From: Candidatus Methylomirabilota bacterium
GTDB taxonomy: Bacteria > Methylomirabilota > Methylomirabilia > Rokubacteriales > CSP1-6
Assembly (NCBI GenBank): GCA_046727415.1
Contig: JBKPCO010000068.1
Coordinates: forward strand, 1 to 60,036
Direction of reading: 5' to 3'
DNA length: 60,036 nucleotides
The translations under genes were made by a program, and so were the position numbers. This document shows, one piece after another, positions 18,612 through 28,346 of the stretch. How positions within the stretch are numbered: the first letter of the stretch is position 1; the number at the start of each line of letters is the position of its first letter. A model generated the notes under the pieces. The model searched no databases and was not told the origin of the DNA. It worked only from the letters and a program-made list of their open reading frames with translations.

Positions 18612-19370
18612 CTAACCAATGACGATGCCCGCCGTCTCACGGCGCAGCATCGCGATCAGACTGGCCGCGACCATGTGGATATCCTCGGCGCGCACGACGC
18701 GCGGCCTCGCCGTCAGCTCGAAGACACCGACCCGCGAGCGCACCGTGAAGCCCATGGTGCGCCCGACGCTCCCTCGTGGCGGACGCATCACCCGGACATG
18801 CGTGGCATCGAGGCCTGGCCCGGCCAGAGCAGCCGCGATCACGACGTTGACACCCTCGGGGAAGCGCAGCCCGACCTCCCGCGCGGTGCCTTCGAACAGG
18901 AGCTCGGTCTCCGACGCCTCCCCGGCGCCGAGATCGATGAAGGCATCCAGGCGCTCTAGACCTCCGGCCATGGCGGTCGCGATGCCATCGAACGCGGCGA
19001 GCGCGCCCGGCGCAATGCGCAGAGCATGGCCGGTGGACGCCGAGATGCCGCGGATCTCGCGCTCGAGGACCGGGTCGGCGAGAGGGATCGGACTCACCGC
19101 CCACACCTCGCAGCGCTCGAGTGCCGCCGGCACGAGGGCACGGAACGCCGCCGGGCCGCCTGCCTCGATGATGAGGTCGTAGCCGCCCCCGAGGAACTTT
19201 TCGGCCGAGTCGGTCACCGGGAACCCGTCGAGATCGCGCGCGGTGCGAGCGAGCACCGCCGCCAGCGAATGCGGTCCGGCGTTTTCGGCCAGTAAGGCAC
19301 GCGCCACGGGCCGCCCGATCGCCCCGCACCCGATGAGGCCGACCCGTTTCAATGATGTCTCCTCGTTCAT
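18612..19370 (-). CDS. aspartate dehydrogenase-like (DUF108/NadX family) protein
   Basis: GLIGCGAIG Rossmann motif, IIEAGGP, LFEGTAREVGLRFPEGVNV. Confidence 0.8.
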   Translation of the reverse strand: MNEETSLKRVGLIGCGAIGRPVARALLAENAGPHSLAAVLARTARDLDGFPVTDSAEKFLGGGYDLIIEAGGPAAFRALVPAALERCEVWAVSPIPLADPVLEREIRGISASTGHALRIAPGALAAFDGIATAMAGGLERLDAFIDLGAGEASETELLFEGTAREVGLRFPEGVNVVIAAALAGPGLDATHVRVMRPPRGSVGRTMGFTVRSRVGVFELTARPRVVRAEDIHMVAASLIAMLRRETAGIVIG

Positions 19371-19430
19371 AAGCGCGCCTCGGCCGGCGGGGCCCCAGCC
19401 CCGCGACGGCCTGCGGCGCGCACTACGGGC

Positions 19431-20684
19431 TCATGTCGGGCGTGGCGACGCCGTCGCGGTCGCGGCTGTCACCGTACGATCACCGGCGAGGTCGGCCGGG
19501 CGCAGCCACACGAAAACCAACGCGCCGAGAAGCAAGGCGACCGTGACATGACCGAATGCCAGTCCCCATCCCAGCACGCTCGCGCCACCGAAGAGATCGA
19601 GCGTCGCGCCAAGCGCGAGCGGACCCAGGAAACCGCCCGCGTAGCCAAGTGTCGAGTGGACAGCCAAGGTCGCGCCACGCTGGCCCGGCTCGGCGCTGCC
19701 GGCACTCCCCGCCGTCAGAGACGACGAGTCGGACCAGATCAGCATCGCGTAGAGCAGAACGAGAGCGGCGGCGCCCGCGTACGGCAGCGCCGCGCTGAAC
19801 CCGATCACGGCGGCCAGCGCGGCCGAGGTGACCAGCGTGCCGAGGATGAAGCGCCGGCGACCGAATCGAATCGCCAGCTCGTTGCCCCACACGCTTGCCC
19901 ACACGCCGACGAGGCCCATCACGGTCGCGACGGTGGCGGGCGCCAGCGGGGTCCACGCGCCTGTTGTCTGGGCGGCCACGAACGTGAGGAACGTGACGAC
20001 CCACCCGCGCAGCGCGGACATCTCCCACGTATGCACGCAATAGGCGATCGAGTACGCCAGCGCCGATCGGTTGCGGAGGATTGGACGAAAATCGAGCAGC
20101 GCACGGCGCGGGCCGGGTGCAGCGCTCACAGGTCGGGATGGCAGACCGACTAGCACCAGCACGAACGCCAAAGTGGCGCCGACCGCGCCTGGCACCAGCG
20201 CCCACTGCCAGCCGAGCCAGGCGTTGACAGCGCCGGCGACACCGAACGAGAGCGCGCCGCTCACGCCGACCGCCGCCGCGTGCGCCGCGACGGCTCTGGA
20301 CTGCTGCTGGCCCTCTGCCAGGTCGCTCAACGCCTTGAGCCCCGGCATGTACGTGCCCGCCCAGCCGGCTCCCATCAGCGCCCGGAACGCCAGTGCCGAC
20401 CAGAACCCGCTTGCGATCCATGCGAACCCGGCGAACGCGGCGGCGGTCAGGGCGACGGAGCCGAGATAGACGCGCTTGGGGTCGATCCGATCTGTGAGCG
20501 ACGAGAGCAACGGGACCGTCAGCGTGTAGGCGGCGTAATAGATACCGTTGATCCAGCCGGCATCGGTGTTCGTCAGCGCCCAGACCGATATGAGCGCCGG
20601 GAGCACCGCGGCGACGCTGAACGCACCGATCTGGGCGCATGCCTGCGCCGCACACATCGCTACCACGCCGCGGGACAGCGTCAT
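19431..20684 (-). CDS. MFS transporter
   Basis: SLTDRIDPKRVY, GWAGTYMPGLKALSD; ATGA overlap with arsN1. Confidence 0.9.
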   Translation of the reverse strand: MTLSRGVVAMCAAQACAQIGAFSVAAVLPALISVWALTNTDAGWINGIYYAAYTLTVPLLSSLTDRIDPKRVYLGSVALTAAAFAGFAWIASGFWSALAFRALMGAGWAGTYMPGLKALSDLAEGQQQSRAVAAHAAAVGVSGALSFGVAGAVNAWLGWQWALVPGAVGATLAFVLVLVGLPSRPVSAAPGPRRALLDFRPILRNRSALAYSIAYCVHTWEMSALRGWVVTFLTFVAAQTTGAWTPLAPATVATVMGLVGVWASVWGNELAIRFGRRRFILGTLVTSAALAAVIGFSAALPYAGAAALVLLYAMLIWSDSSSLTAGSAGSAEPGQRGATLAVHSTLGYAGGFLGPLALGATLDLFGGASVLGWGLAFGHVTVALLLGALVFVWLRPADLAGDRTVTAATATASPRPT

Positions 20685-21196
20685 CTCCTTCCCGGCTCCT
20701 GGTCTCCATCCAGCAGACGCTCGACGATGATGCAATCACGCCACTCGCCCTCGAGCTTGCCGTGGCGCTTGTAGATGCCGACGACCCGGAATCCGCAACG
20801 TTCGTGCAGGGCGAGACTGGCGGTGTTCTCGGGGAAGATCCGGGATACGATCTTCCAGAATCCCCGCTCGGCGTAAGCGCAACAGAGTGCATCCAGCGCG
20901 ACGCGTCCGGCTCCCTTGCGGCGCGCCGACGAAGCCACATACACCGAATGCTCGGCAACGCCCGCATACGCCGGCCTCGCTCGATAGGGGCCCGCGCCCG
21001 CCCAGGCGACGACTCGACCTTCATGCTCCGCGACGATCGTCGGGAAGCGATCCCCTTTCTCGACGAGCTGCGCGGCGATCTGTTCCGCGGTCCGCGGCTC
21101 GGTCTCGAACGTGGCGATCCGTTCGGCGATCCCTTCGTTGTAAATCGCTGCGATCACCGCAGCATCTCCGGGCGTTGCGAGTCTGGTCGAGAGCAC
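20681..21196 (-). CDS. arsN1: ArsN1/phosphinothricin-type N-acetyltransferase
   Basis: IYNEGIAERIATFET, EHSVYV...RRKGAG, IFPENTASLALH..CGF...RHGKLEGEWRD; ars context. Confidence 0.8.
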   Translation of the reverse strand: MLSTRLATPGDAAVIAAIYNEGIAERIATFETEPRTAEQIAAQLVEKGDRFPTIVAEHEGRVVAWAGAGPYRARPAYAGVAEHSVYVASSARRKGAGRVALDALCCAYAERGFWKIVSRIFPENTASLALHERCGFRVVGIYKRHGKLEGEWRDCIIVERLLDGDQEPGRR

Positions 21197-21203
21197 GATC
21201 GGT

Positions 21204-22505
21204 TTATGGGGCGCGGGCAGCCCGAACGGGAGCGGCGGGCCGATCGTTCCCCGCCGCGGCCGCCCGCTGGCGCTCGTACCAGCGGGACATCAGCTCCATG
21301 GCGAGCCACGACGCCGAGCAGCCGACCAGAAGCAAGACCCGTCCGGGCCCCCAGCCCCATCGGTCCACGATCCAGGCGAAAACCGTCGGGGCAGCGGCGT
21401 TCACCACCAGCACGGGCGTGGCGATCAAACCGAGCAGGGCGCCGTACCCTCTGGCGCCGAATAGCGCGAGTGGAACGGAGCCGCGGACGATCGTGATCAC
21501 GCCCTGCGATGCGCCCATGAGCAGCGTGAAGGCGAGGACCAGCGGCAGGCTACCGGTGCCCGCCAGCAGCAGGGCCAGCGCGGGAGGCAGGACGCCGATC
21601 GCGATGCGGCCCACGGTGATCGCCCGCAAGTTCCGCGCGAAGACGATCTCGACGACTCTTCCGCCGAACTGCGCCACGCCCTTCAGCGACGCGACCCAGA
21701 CCGCGGCCGCCGTCGCCAGGCCGGCGGCCTCCAGCAAAGGAACGAGCTGCACCGAGATCACGCCGAACACGAATCCGTTGAGCGACATGATGAGCGCAAA
21801 GAGTGCGATGGCGATCGACCGGGTGGTGCCCTCGAGCGGGGGCCCGTCCCGGAACTCGACCGAGCGCCCGGCCGGTCCGGCTCTTCCTTCCGACTCGCGC
21901 CGCGCCAGGCCGAACCAGTGCAGCGGCAGGCAGACCACCAGGTTGATGAGGGCGAACACGACGAGGGTCTGACGCCACCCCATCTGTTCCTCGAGCGCAT
22001 GACCGATCACCCAGAACACCGATGACGCAAACGCCCCGAACAATGTCAGATAGGAGATGGCCTGCCGCCCGCGCGACGGCGCGACCTGCACCAGTGCGGC
22101 GAATGCCGCGTCGTACAGGCAGAGTCGCATCCCGATACCCAGGAACGCCCACACGACCAGGTAAGCCGGTTCGCTCCGCACGTGCGAGAGCGCGAAGAGA
22201 CCGGCCGAGACCAGCGCGGTGCCGAGCGTCATCACGGCGCGTCCGCCGTGGCGGTCGATCGCACGGCCGACGGCATTCGACACGACACCCATGACGAGCA
22301 ACGCGACGGTGAAGCCCAGGAAGACGAAGCCGCGGCTCCAGCCGGTGTCCCGACCGATCGGCCCCGCGAGGACTCCGAGGCAGTAGTAGCTGGTCCCCCA
22401 GGCGGTGATCTGCGTGATGCCCAGCGCGACCACCGCGCCCATCATGGGGTCGGCGAGTCGCGTGCGCCAGGCGGCGCGCTGCTTGGCGTCTGTTGCGCCG
22501 ATCAC
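21204..22505 (-). CDS. MFS transporter, ArsK-like
   Basis: ALGITQITAWGTSYY, GRAIDRHGGR, LYDAAFAALVQ; inside the ars cluster. Confidence 0.75.
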   Translation of the reverse strand: MIGATDAKQRAAWRTRLADPMMGAVVALGITQITAWGTSYYCLGVLAGPIGRDTGWSRGFVFLGFTVALLVMGVVSNAVGRAIDRHGGRAVMTLGTALVSAGLFALSHVRSEPAYLVVWAFLGIGMRLCLYDAAFAALVQVAPSRGRQAISYLTLFGAFASSVFWVIGHALEEQMGWRQTLVVFALINLVVCLPLHWFGLARRESEGRAGPAGRSVEFRDGPPLEGTTRSIAIALFALIMSLNGFVFGVISVQLVPLLEAAGLATAAAVWVASLKGVAQFGGRVVEIVFARNLRAITVGRIAIGVLPPALALLLAGTGSLPLVLAFTLLMGASQGVITIVRGSVPLALFGARGYGALLGLIATPVLVVNAAAPTVFAWIVDRWGWGPGRVLLLVGCSASWLAMELMSRWYERQRAAAAGNDRPAAPVRAARAP

Positions 22506-22518
22506 CGGACGTGACCGG

Positions 22519-23343
22519 TCACGAACGCGCGAGCGCCGGCTTTCGAGCCCTCACGAATGCGCTGATGAACTTGCCATCCACCGCGGCGATCGCGTCGGCG
22601 CCAAGCCCGGCGCCGGCGAGGACGTCGCGCGCGCGCGCGGCTGTGTAAATCCGCGTCGGCTCCACGTCGATATCTTCGAAGCCGGCCTTGGCGAGCTTGG
22701 CGCGGTACTCGCGCTCTTCGAGTGCGCCGGCAACGCACCCGATCCACAGCTCGACGCTGCGGCGAATCGCGGAGGGCACCTCCCCGCGCACCACCACGTC
22801 GGAGACGGCGAACCGTCCACCTGGCCTCAGGACGCGAAACGCCTCGGCCAGCACCGCGTCCTTGTCGGCGGACAGATTGATGACGCAGTTCGAGATGATG
22901 ACATCCACGGAATCGCCCGGCAGCGGGATATGCTCGATCTCGCCCTTCAGGAATTCAACATTCGTCACGCCGGCCTTCCGCTGGTTCTCGCGGGCCAGGG
23001 CGAGCATCTCATCGGTCATATCGAGTCCGTAGGCCTTGCCCGTCGGCCCGACGCGCCGGGCCGAGAGGAGGACGTCGATGCCACCGCCCGACCCGAGATC
23101 GAGAACCGTCTCGCCGGGTTTCAGCTCGGCCAGGGCGGTCGGATTGCCGCAGCCGAGCGATGCGGCCAGGGCCTCTGCCGGCAGGTCGGCCGTCTCGCCC
23201 TGTTCGTAGAGGTTCGACGTGATCGGATCGCAGCTGCTCGCCGCGGATGTGCTACAGCACGACGTCCCGCTGCCGCTCACCACGCGTAGCGCTGCCTGTC
23301 CGTACTTGTGCTTCACCACATCTTTGATCGATTCGTCACTCAT
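22519..23343 (-). CDS. arsM: arsenite S-adenosylmethionine methyltransferase
   Basis: [43 protein letters not shown]. Confidence 0.95.
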   Translation of the reverse strand: MSDESIKDVVKHKYGQAALRVVSGSGTSCCSTSAASSCDPITSNLYEQGETADLPAEALAASLGCGNPTALAELKPGETVLDLGSGGGIDVLLSARRVGPTGKAYGLDMTDEMLALARENQRKAGVTNVEFLKGEIEHIPLPGDSVDVIISNCVINLSADKDAVLAEAFRVLRPGGRFAVSDVVVRGEVPSAIRRSVELWIGCVAGALEEREYRAKLAKAGFEDIDVEPTRIYTAARARDVLAGAGLGADAIAAVDGKFISAFVRARKPALARS

Positions 23344-23373
23344 GGCACATCTCCTGCCTCGTCCGAACGCTCA

Positions 23374-23838
23374 TCAAGCGCAGCTGGTGCCGCCGCAGCA
23401 CGCGGACGCAGTCGCGGCGACCATCGTGAGCCCGCTCGGCCGGACCCCCGTCGCCGCCTCGTCGCCCTCGAGATCGTAGTTGAGGTGGTACACCTCCCAC
23501 TCGACGCCGTCCGGATCCTTGACCCAAAATTTATCCTGGTTCGCGTGGCAGCAGTTGACCCCCATCTCTTCAGTCACGGGCAGCCCCGCGGCCTTGACGC
23601 GGGCCAACTGGGACATCACCGTCGCCACGGAATCGACCTGGACCCCGACGTGATCGATGGTGCCGGCCCCGGCCGGGCCGCCGGTGGACAGCGCGAGGTT
23701 GACCGGCGCCCATTCGGGCAGGAACTTGACGTAGCCTTGCTTCACTTTCACGGGGTCGCCGCCCAAAAACTTCTCGTAGAAGTCGCGGCTCTTGGTCAGA
23801 TCCGACACGTGCAGGTGGAGATGGACCTTTGCGCTCAT
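23374..23838 (-). CDS. arsI: ArsI/CadI family VOC metalloenzyme (C-As lyase)
   Basis: HLHLHVSDL, DHVGVQV, CCHANQDKFWVKDPDGVEWEVY, C-terminal CCGGTSCA. Confidence 0.88.
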   Translation of the reverse strand: MSAKVHLHLHVSDLTKSRDFYEKFLGGDPVKVKQGYVKFLPEWAPVNLALSTGGPAGAGTIDHVGVQVDSVATVMSQLARVKAAGLPVTEEMGVNCCHANQDKFWVKDPDGVEWEVYHLNYDLEGDEAATGVRPSGLTMVAATASACCGGTSCA

Positions 23839-23846
23839 GATTCCCC

Positions 23847-24155
23847 CTAGCAGCACGCGGTCAGCAAGCGCACCAGCGCGGTGACCCGCTCCCGCTGCAC
23901 CGAATAGTAGATGTAGCGCTCTTCCTTCCGGCTCTCGAGCAAGCCCGCCCGCCGCAGGATGTCGAGATGATGGGACAAGGTCGCCCCCGGGATCTCGACC
24001 GCCTCCTGGATCTCTCCCACCGACATCTCGCGCCCGGCCTTCACGAGCAGGAAGAACACTTGAAGTCGGCTGAGATGGGCGAGGGCCTTGAACGCCTCGA
24101 CGTGCGTCTCGTCGGCCGTCAGCTGCGCCAGCGGCAACCGGGCTATCGTCTTCAT
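23847..24155 (-). CDS. arsR: ArsR/SmtB repressor with C-terminal Cys pair
   Basis: FKALAHLSRLQVF, TLSHHLDILRRAGL, ends LTACC. Confidence 0.9.
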   Translation of the reverse strand: MKTIARLPLAQLTADETHVEAFKALAHLSRLQVFFLLVKAGREMSVGEIQEAVEIPGATLSHHLDILRRAGLLESRKEERYIYYSVQRERVTALVRLLTACC

Positions 24156-24191
24156 GTTTCGAAGTTTATGGAAATATCGAATTGCTGTCAA
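24156..24191 (-). promoter_or_regulatory. sigma70 promoter with ArsR-type operator
   Basis: TTGACA-17bp-TAAACT-7bp-ATG; imperfect palindrome TTCGAAGTTT-N4-AAATATCGAA (24158-24181). Confidence 0.8.
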
Positions 24192-24910
24192 GCAGAGCCG
24201 GAGCGCGTCGCTTCCGAATGCGGCACGACAACCGTAGGCGCCACCTCGGGGAGTGTCGGAACGAGCCAGCGAAAGAGCCCGGTCGCGGCGGCCGCACCGA
24301 ACAATTGAGCGATGATGAACGCCGGCGCGTCGGCAGGCCGGATCCCGGCAAACGTGTCCGTGGCGGACCGGGCGAGCGTCACGGCCGGGTTGGCAAATGA
24401 CGTCGAGGCCGTGAACCAGTACGCCGCGGTGATGTACGAGGCGACGGCGAAGGGGACGGCGGTTGAGCGCAGGCGAGCACACCCCCAGATCACGGCGAGC
24501 AGCCCAAAGGTCGCGACAAACTCGCTGAACACTTGCGCCGGCCCGGAGCGCGCGTGTCGGGATGCGAAGAACACGGGCACTTCGAACATCACGTGCGCCG
24601 CCGCGACGCCCGCAAACGCTCCAATGACCTGCGCGCCGAGGTAGAGCGGGACCTCGTCCCACGGCAGTCCACCCTGGGATGCGTCTGCCAGCGTCACGGC
24701 CGGGTTGAAATGAGCGCCCGAGATCGGACCGAACGTGAGGATCAGGGCGACCAGCGCCGCGCCGGTGGCCATTGTGTTGGCCAGGAGAGCCACCGCCACG
24801 TTTCCTCCCGCCAGACGCTCGGCCATGATCCCCGAGCCGACAACCGCGGCGAGCAAGAGGCACGTGCCCACGGCCTCAGCGGTCACCCGCCGGGCGATCG
24901 TTCGTTGCAT
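24188..24910 (-). CDS. MIP/aquaporin family channel (AqpS-like, ars-associated)
   Basis: ISGAHFNPAVT and TASTSFANPAVT double NPA motifs. Confidence 0.92.
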   Translation of the reverse strand: MQRTIARRVTAEAVGTCLLLAAVVGSGIMAERLAGGNVAVALLANTMATGAALVALILTFGPISGAHFNPAVTLADASQGGLPWDEVPLYLGAQVIGAFAGVAAAHVMFEVPVFFASRHARSGPAQVFSEFVATFGLLAVIWGCARLRSTAVPFAVASYITAAYWFTASTSFANPAVTLARSATDTFAGIRPADAPAFIIAQLFGAAAATGLFRWLVPTLPEVAPTVVVPHSEATRSGSA

Positions 24911-24978
24911 TTCCGTTTCGTCTCGGGTCAAAGGCGCAGTGTGAGCTGCGCGGCCGTACACTACACGGGGAGGGCAGC

Positions 24979-25395
24979 GTGAACAAGCAGCGAGTCCTCT
25001 TTCTTTGCACGCACAATTCCGCCCGCAGTCAGATGGCCGAAGGCTTTCTCCGCTCGCTGGCGGGAGACCGGTTCGAGGTCGCGAGCGCCGGGACCGAGGC
25101 GACTCGCGTCCACCCGCTCGCGATACGCACCATGGCCGACATCGGCATCGATCTCAGCGGGCACGCATCGAAGATCGTCGACGAGCTCGTGGAGCAACCC
25201 TGGGACTACGTGATCACCGTATGCGATGCGGCCAATGAGGCGTGCCCCGTGTTTCCGAAAAAATCCAGCCGTCTGCACTGGAGCTTCGAGGACCCCTCAC
25301 AGGCCACGGGGAACGACGATCAGCGACTCGAGGTATTCCGGCGAGTCCGCGACCAGATCAAGCGGCGCATAGCCGATTGGATCAGGACCCAATAG
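24979..25395 (+). CDS. arsC: thioredoxin-dependent arsenate reductase (LMW-PTP fold)
   Basis: LFLCTHNSARSQMAEG, TVCD...ACPVFP, HWSFEDP. Confidence 0.93.
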   Translation: MNKQRVLFLCTHNSARSQMAEGFLRSLAGDRFEVASAGTEATRVHPLAIRTMADIGIDLSGHASKIVDELVEQPWDYVITVCDAANEACPVFPKKSSRLHWSFEDPSQATGNDDQRLEVFRRVRDQIKRRIADWIRTQ

Positions 25396-25411
25396 CCCCG
25401 CGCACGATCGG

Positions 25412-26428
25412 TCAGCCCTTCACCTGCCGTAGCGCGGGCAGCAGCTCGTCGCTCATGAGCCGCATGCTCGCCAGCGCGTGGGCCAGTGGCATGCCGAGCC
25501 AGTGCGTGCGAAAGAAGAGGAAGTTCGCGCCGACCGCTTCCCAGCACGGACGCAGCTGCTCGTAGCATTCCTCAGGGCTGCCCAGCACGAAGCGGTCACG
25601 CAGGAGCGCCTCGAACGGCTGGCGGAAGGTGTCGCCGTCAGGGAGCACCGCGTCCTGACCCCACGACGCGTAGGCGCGATACTTCGCGCCGAGATAGGGT
25701 CCGGCCAGCTCCAGCGCCGTCCGCCGGTCCTTCGCGCAGTAGATCTCCTTGATGAGCGGCCGCACGCGCGGCAGCGGCTTGCCCAGTCGCGCGAGCTCCT
25801 CGCGGTAGAGGCCCATCTGGCGCGTGATGCTGGCCATGGTGGCGTGCGGGTTCACGAACCACGTGTCGCCGAGGCGAGCTGCCCGGCGCACCGCGGCGTC
25901 GTTGTTGGCCGCGAACCAGATCGGCGGATGCGGCTTCTGGACGGGGCGGCATGTCAGCGTCACGTTTGCGAGCGTGCAGATATCGGTCTCGACGCTGACC
26001 TTGTCCTCGGTCCAGAGACGCTTGACGATCTCCAGGCACTCCTCGAACCGCCGCAGGCGCTGCCCCTTCGGCACCTTGAACGCATCGAACTCGACCTCGC
26101 GATAGCCCAGCCCCACGCCGAAGACGAAGTTGCCGCGCCAGATGACGTCGAGCGAGGCGATGCACTCGGCCACCTCGACCGGGTTGTGAAGATTGATGAG
26201 CAGCACGCCGGCCACGCCGGTCATCTCTCCAGCCTCGGCCGCCAGGCGCGCGAGGAAAGGTATGAGCTGGAGCTGGCGCATGCCTTCACTCAGGTAGTGT
26301 TGGCCGGTGCCGACCGCGTCCCAGCCGCGATCGCGCGCCAGGCGCGTCATCGCGAACTGCTCGTCGAGCGCTGAGACCATGTCGGTGCCGAGCGGGTTCT
26401 GGTTGGTGACGAAGATGCCGACCTTCAT
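25412..26428 (-). CDS. LLM class flavin-dependent oxidoreductase
   Basis: HNPVEVAECIASLD, GVGLGYREVEF, PVQKPHPPIW, AVRRAARLGD. Confidence 0.92.
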   Translation of the reverse strand: MKVGIFVTNQNPLGTDMVSALDEQFAMTRLARDRGWDAVGTGQHYLSEGMRQLQLIPFLARLAAEAGEMTGVAGVLLINLHNPVEVAECIASLDVIWRGNFVFGVGLGYREVEFDAFKVPKGQRLRRFEECLEIVKRLWTEDKVSVETDICTLANVTLTCRPVQKPHPPIWFAANNDAAVRRAARLGDTWFVNPHATMASITRQMGLYREELARLGKPLPRVRPLIKEIYCAKDRRTALELAGPYLGAKYRAYASWGQDAVLPDGDTFRQPFEALLRDRFVLGSPEECYEQLRPCWEAVGANFLFFRTHWLGMPLAHALASMRLMSDELLPALRQVKG

Positions 26429-26450
26429 CGTGCTCTCCCGGGCACCCGGC

Positions 26451-27185
26451 TCAGGCCAGCCGGTCGCCGCCGGCCGACCGCCGCGTGGCGTCGCGCGACG
26501 GATAGATGACGCTCTCCGCGTGACGGTACATCCATTCCACGGCGTCGGGCGCCAGGAAGTGGACCTCGGTGCGCGCGAGTCCGGCGAGCTGAAGCGCCGT
26601 GATGTTCCGACGCACCTCGGAGGTCAGCGTGTTCAGGCGGTGATAGGCCTCCGATATCGTCCGGCCGAGCGTGGTCACGCCGTGGTTCTCCATGATCAGG
26701 CTGTTCGTGTGCTCGATGAAGTCCTTGATCGGCCCCACGTCCTGCTCCACATCGAGGTGCGAAGGCACGACGTATGGGGGCTTGGCCATGACGTACGGGA
26801 ACTCGAGCGAGAGGACCCGTAGCTCCTTGGCAGCGCCGGAGGCGAACAGCGCGATGGTCTCGTCGTGATGCGCGTGGATGACTGCGCCGACGTCGGGCCG
26901 CAGGCGCAGGATCTCGCGGTTCAGGTTGTGGCCGACGCTCGTGGGCATGGTGCCGTGCAGGAGCCGCGGAGTCGGGATGTCGGTGATGACGACGTGCTCT
27001 CGCGTCATCTCCTCCAGCGACACCTCGGCATGCTTGGTGTAGGCCACACCGTGGGGGAAGTCGGGATGCGGCACGCGGATCGCAAGATTCCCCAGCGAGT
27101 TGTGGACGTAGCCGCGGGCGACGACGAGCTTCGCGTAGCGAAGCAACAGCTCGGCGACAGCATGGTCGAAGGGTATCGGCGTCAT
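26451..27185 (-). CDS. class II aldolase/adducin family protein
   Basis: SLGNLAIR, RPDVGAVIHAH, IMENHGVTTLG. Confidence 0.85.
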   Translation of the reverse strand: MTPIPFDHAVAELLLRYAKLVVARGYVHNSLGNLAIRVPHPDFPHGVAYTKHAEVSLEEMTREHVVITDIPTPRLLHGTMPTSVGHNLNREILRLRPDVGAVIHAHHDETIALFASGAAKELRVLSLEFPYVMAKPPYVVPSHLDVEQDVGPIKDFIEHTNSLIMENHGVTTLGRTISEAYHRLNTLTSEVRRNITALQLAGLARTEVHFLAPDAVEWMYRHAESVIYPSRDATRRSAGGDRLA

Positions 27186-27643
27186 CAGTACCGTCCTCCG
27201 AGCTTGCGGTGGTCCCAGCTCACGACCTTCTCCGGGACGATCTTGAGCACGACGCGCTTGGGCGCGCTGGCCAGCGCTCCCGGCTGCACCGGCGACGCAT
27301 TCGCCTGCGTCCCCGCCCGCGCCGCGAAGGTCGCCTTCACGCTGGCTTCGCCCTCGAGGATCTCGCAGCGTCCCCGGATCATCACGCCCCGCAGCTCCGA
27401 GTAGTCGTCGCCGGCCTCGATCATCAGCGCCACTCTGGGATTGCGGCGGATGTTGACGACCTTCTGCGCCTTTCCGTACGAGGTCATGTAGAACGCGCCG
27501 TCCCGCGCGAAGTAGTTCATGGCGACGACGTGGGGGAAGCCGTCCTTGTCGATGGTGGCCAGGGCGGCTTTCTTGCGCTCCCGAAAGAACGCGGCCTGCT
27601 CGTCGGGGCTCAGTCGGATCTGCTGCCGTCGATTGGTTGCCAT
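27185..27643 (-). CDS. pyridoxamine 5'-phosphate oxidase-like (split-barrel) flavoprotein
   Basis: LATIDKDGFPHVVAM, QKVVNIRRNPRV, VSWDHRKL. Confidence 0.88.
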   Translation of the reverse strand: MATNRRQQIRLSPDEQAAFFRERKKAALATIDKDGFPHVVAMNYFARDGAFYMTSYGKAQKVVNIRRNPRVALMIEAGDDYSELRGVMIRGRCEILEGEASVKATFAARAGTQANASPVQPGALASAPKRVVLKIVPEKVVSWDHRKLGGRY

Positions 27644-27689
27644 TCGTGCCCGTCTCCTCTCACGTGGGCAGGTGTGCCGACAGGAAGCG

Positions 27690-28346
27690 TCAGGCCTCGT
27701 CGAAGCTCTGCTTCGCCGCAGCCGCAGCATAGCCGGGGTGCGTGCGCACGGCGAAGCCGTGGCGGGCCCCCTCGTAGAATCTGAACGCACAGACCTTACC
27801 GAGATCCCGCATACGCGCCTCCATCCGACGCATGTCCGCAATGGGCGCCTGCTCGTCCTCCGTTCCGTGCAGGACCAGCACGGGGACGCTCACGCCCTCG
27901 GCGAGATCGTACGGCTCGGCGCCGCGCTGAGCACGCGCCGATCGGAAAGCGAAGCCGTGGAAAACGACGATTACCCGGATCTCCGGGTGGGCCCGGGCCG
28001 CCATGAACGCGTGCACCCCGCCGCGGCAGAAGCCGAAGACGGCCAGTCTCTTGAGATCGGCCTGGCCGGCCGATCTCAGGAAGGTCATTGCGCCTTGCAT
28101 ATCGGCGTACACGGGCTCGTCCGTCGGGTTGTCGCCGCGAACCTTCCAACCGTGCACCAGGGCGACGTAGCCCCACTCGGCGAGCCGGCGGGCAATCTCC
28201 GTGTACCCGTCGTCGGGTCCCGCCACGCCCCGGAGGATCAGTACGACCGGATGCGGCCCCTGGCGGTCAGGAGTCGCCAGGTACGATGGGACACTCGTCT
28301 GCCCGTCTCCGCTCGTGAATGTCACCGACTCGAGCCGCACGGTCAT
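27690..28346 (-). CDS. dienelactone hydrolase family protein (possibly C-terminally truncated)
   Basis: GFCRGG nucleophile motif, LHGTEDE, YEGARHGF; frame continues RFLSAHLPT after the TGA. Confidence 0.88.
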   Translation of the reverse strand: MTVRLESVTFTSGDGQTSVPSYLATPDRQGPHPVVLILRGVAGPDDGYTEIARRLAEWGYVALVHGWKVRGDNPTDEPVYADMQGAMTFLRSAGQADLKRLAVFGFCRGGVHAFMAARAHPEIRVIVVFHGFAFRSARAQRGAEPYDLAEGVSVPVLVLHGTEDEQAPIADMRRMEARMRDLGKVCAFRFYEGARHGFAVRTHPGYAAAAAKQSFDEA

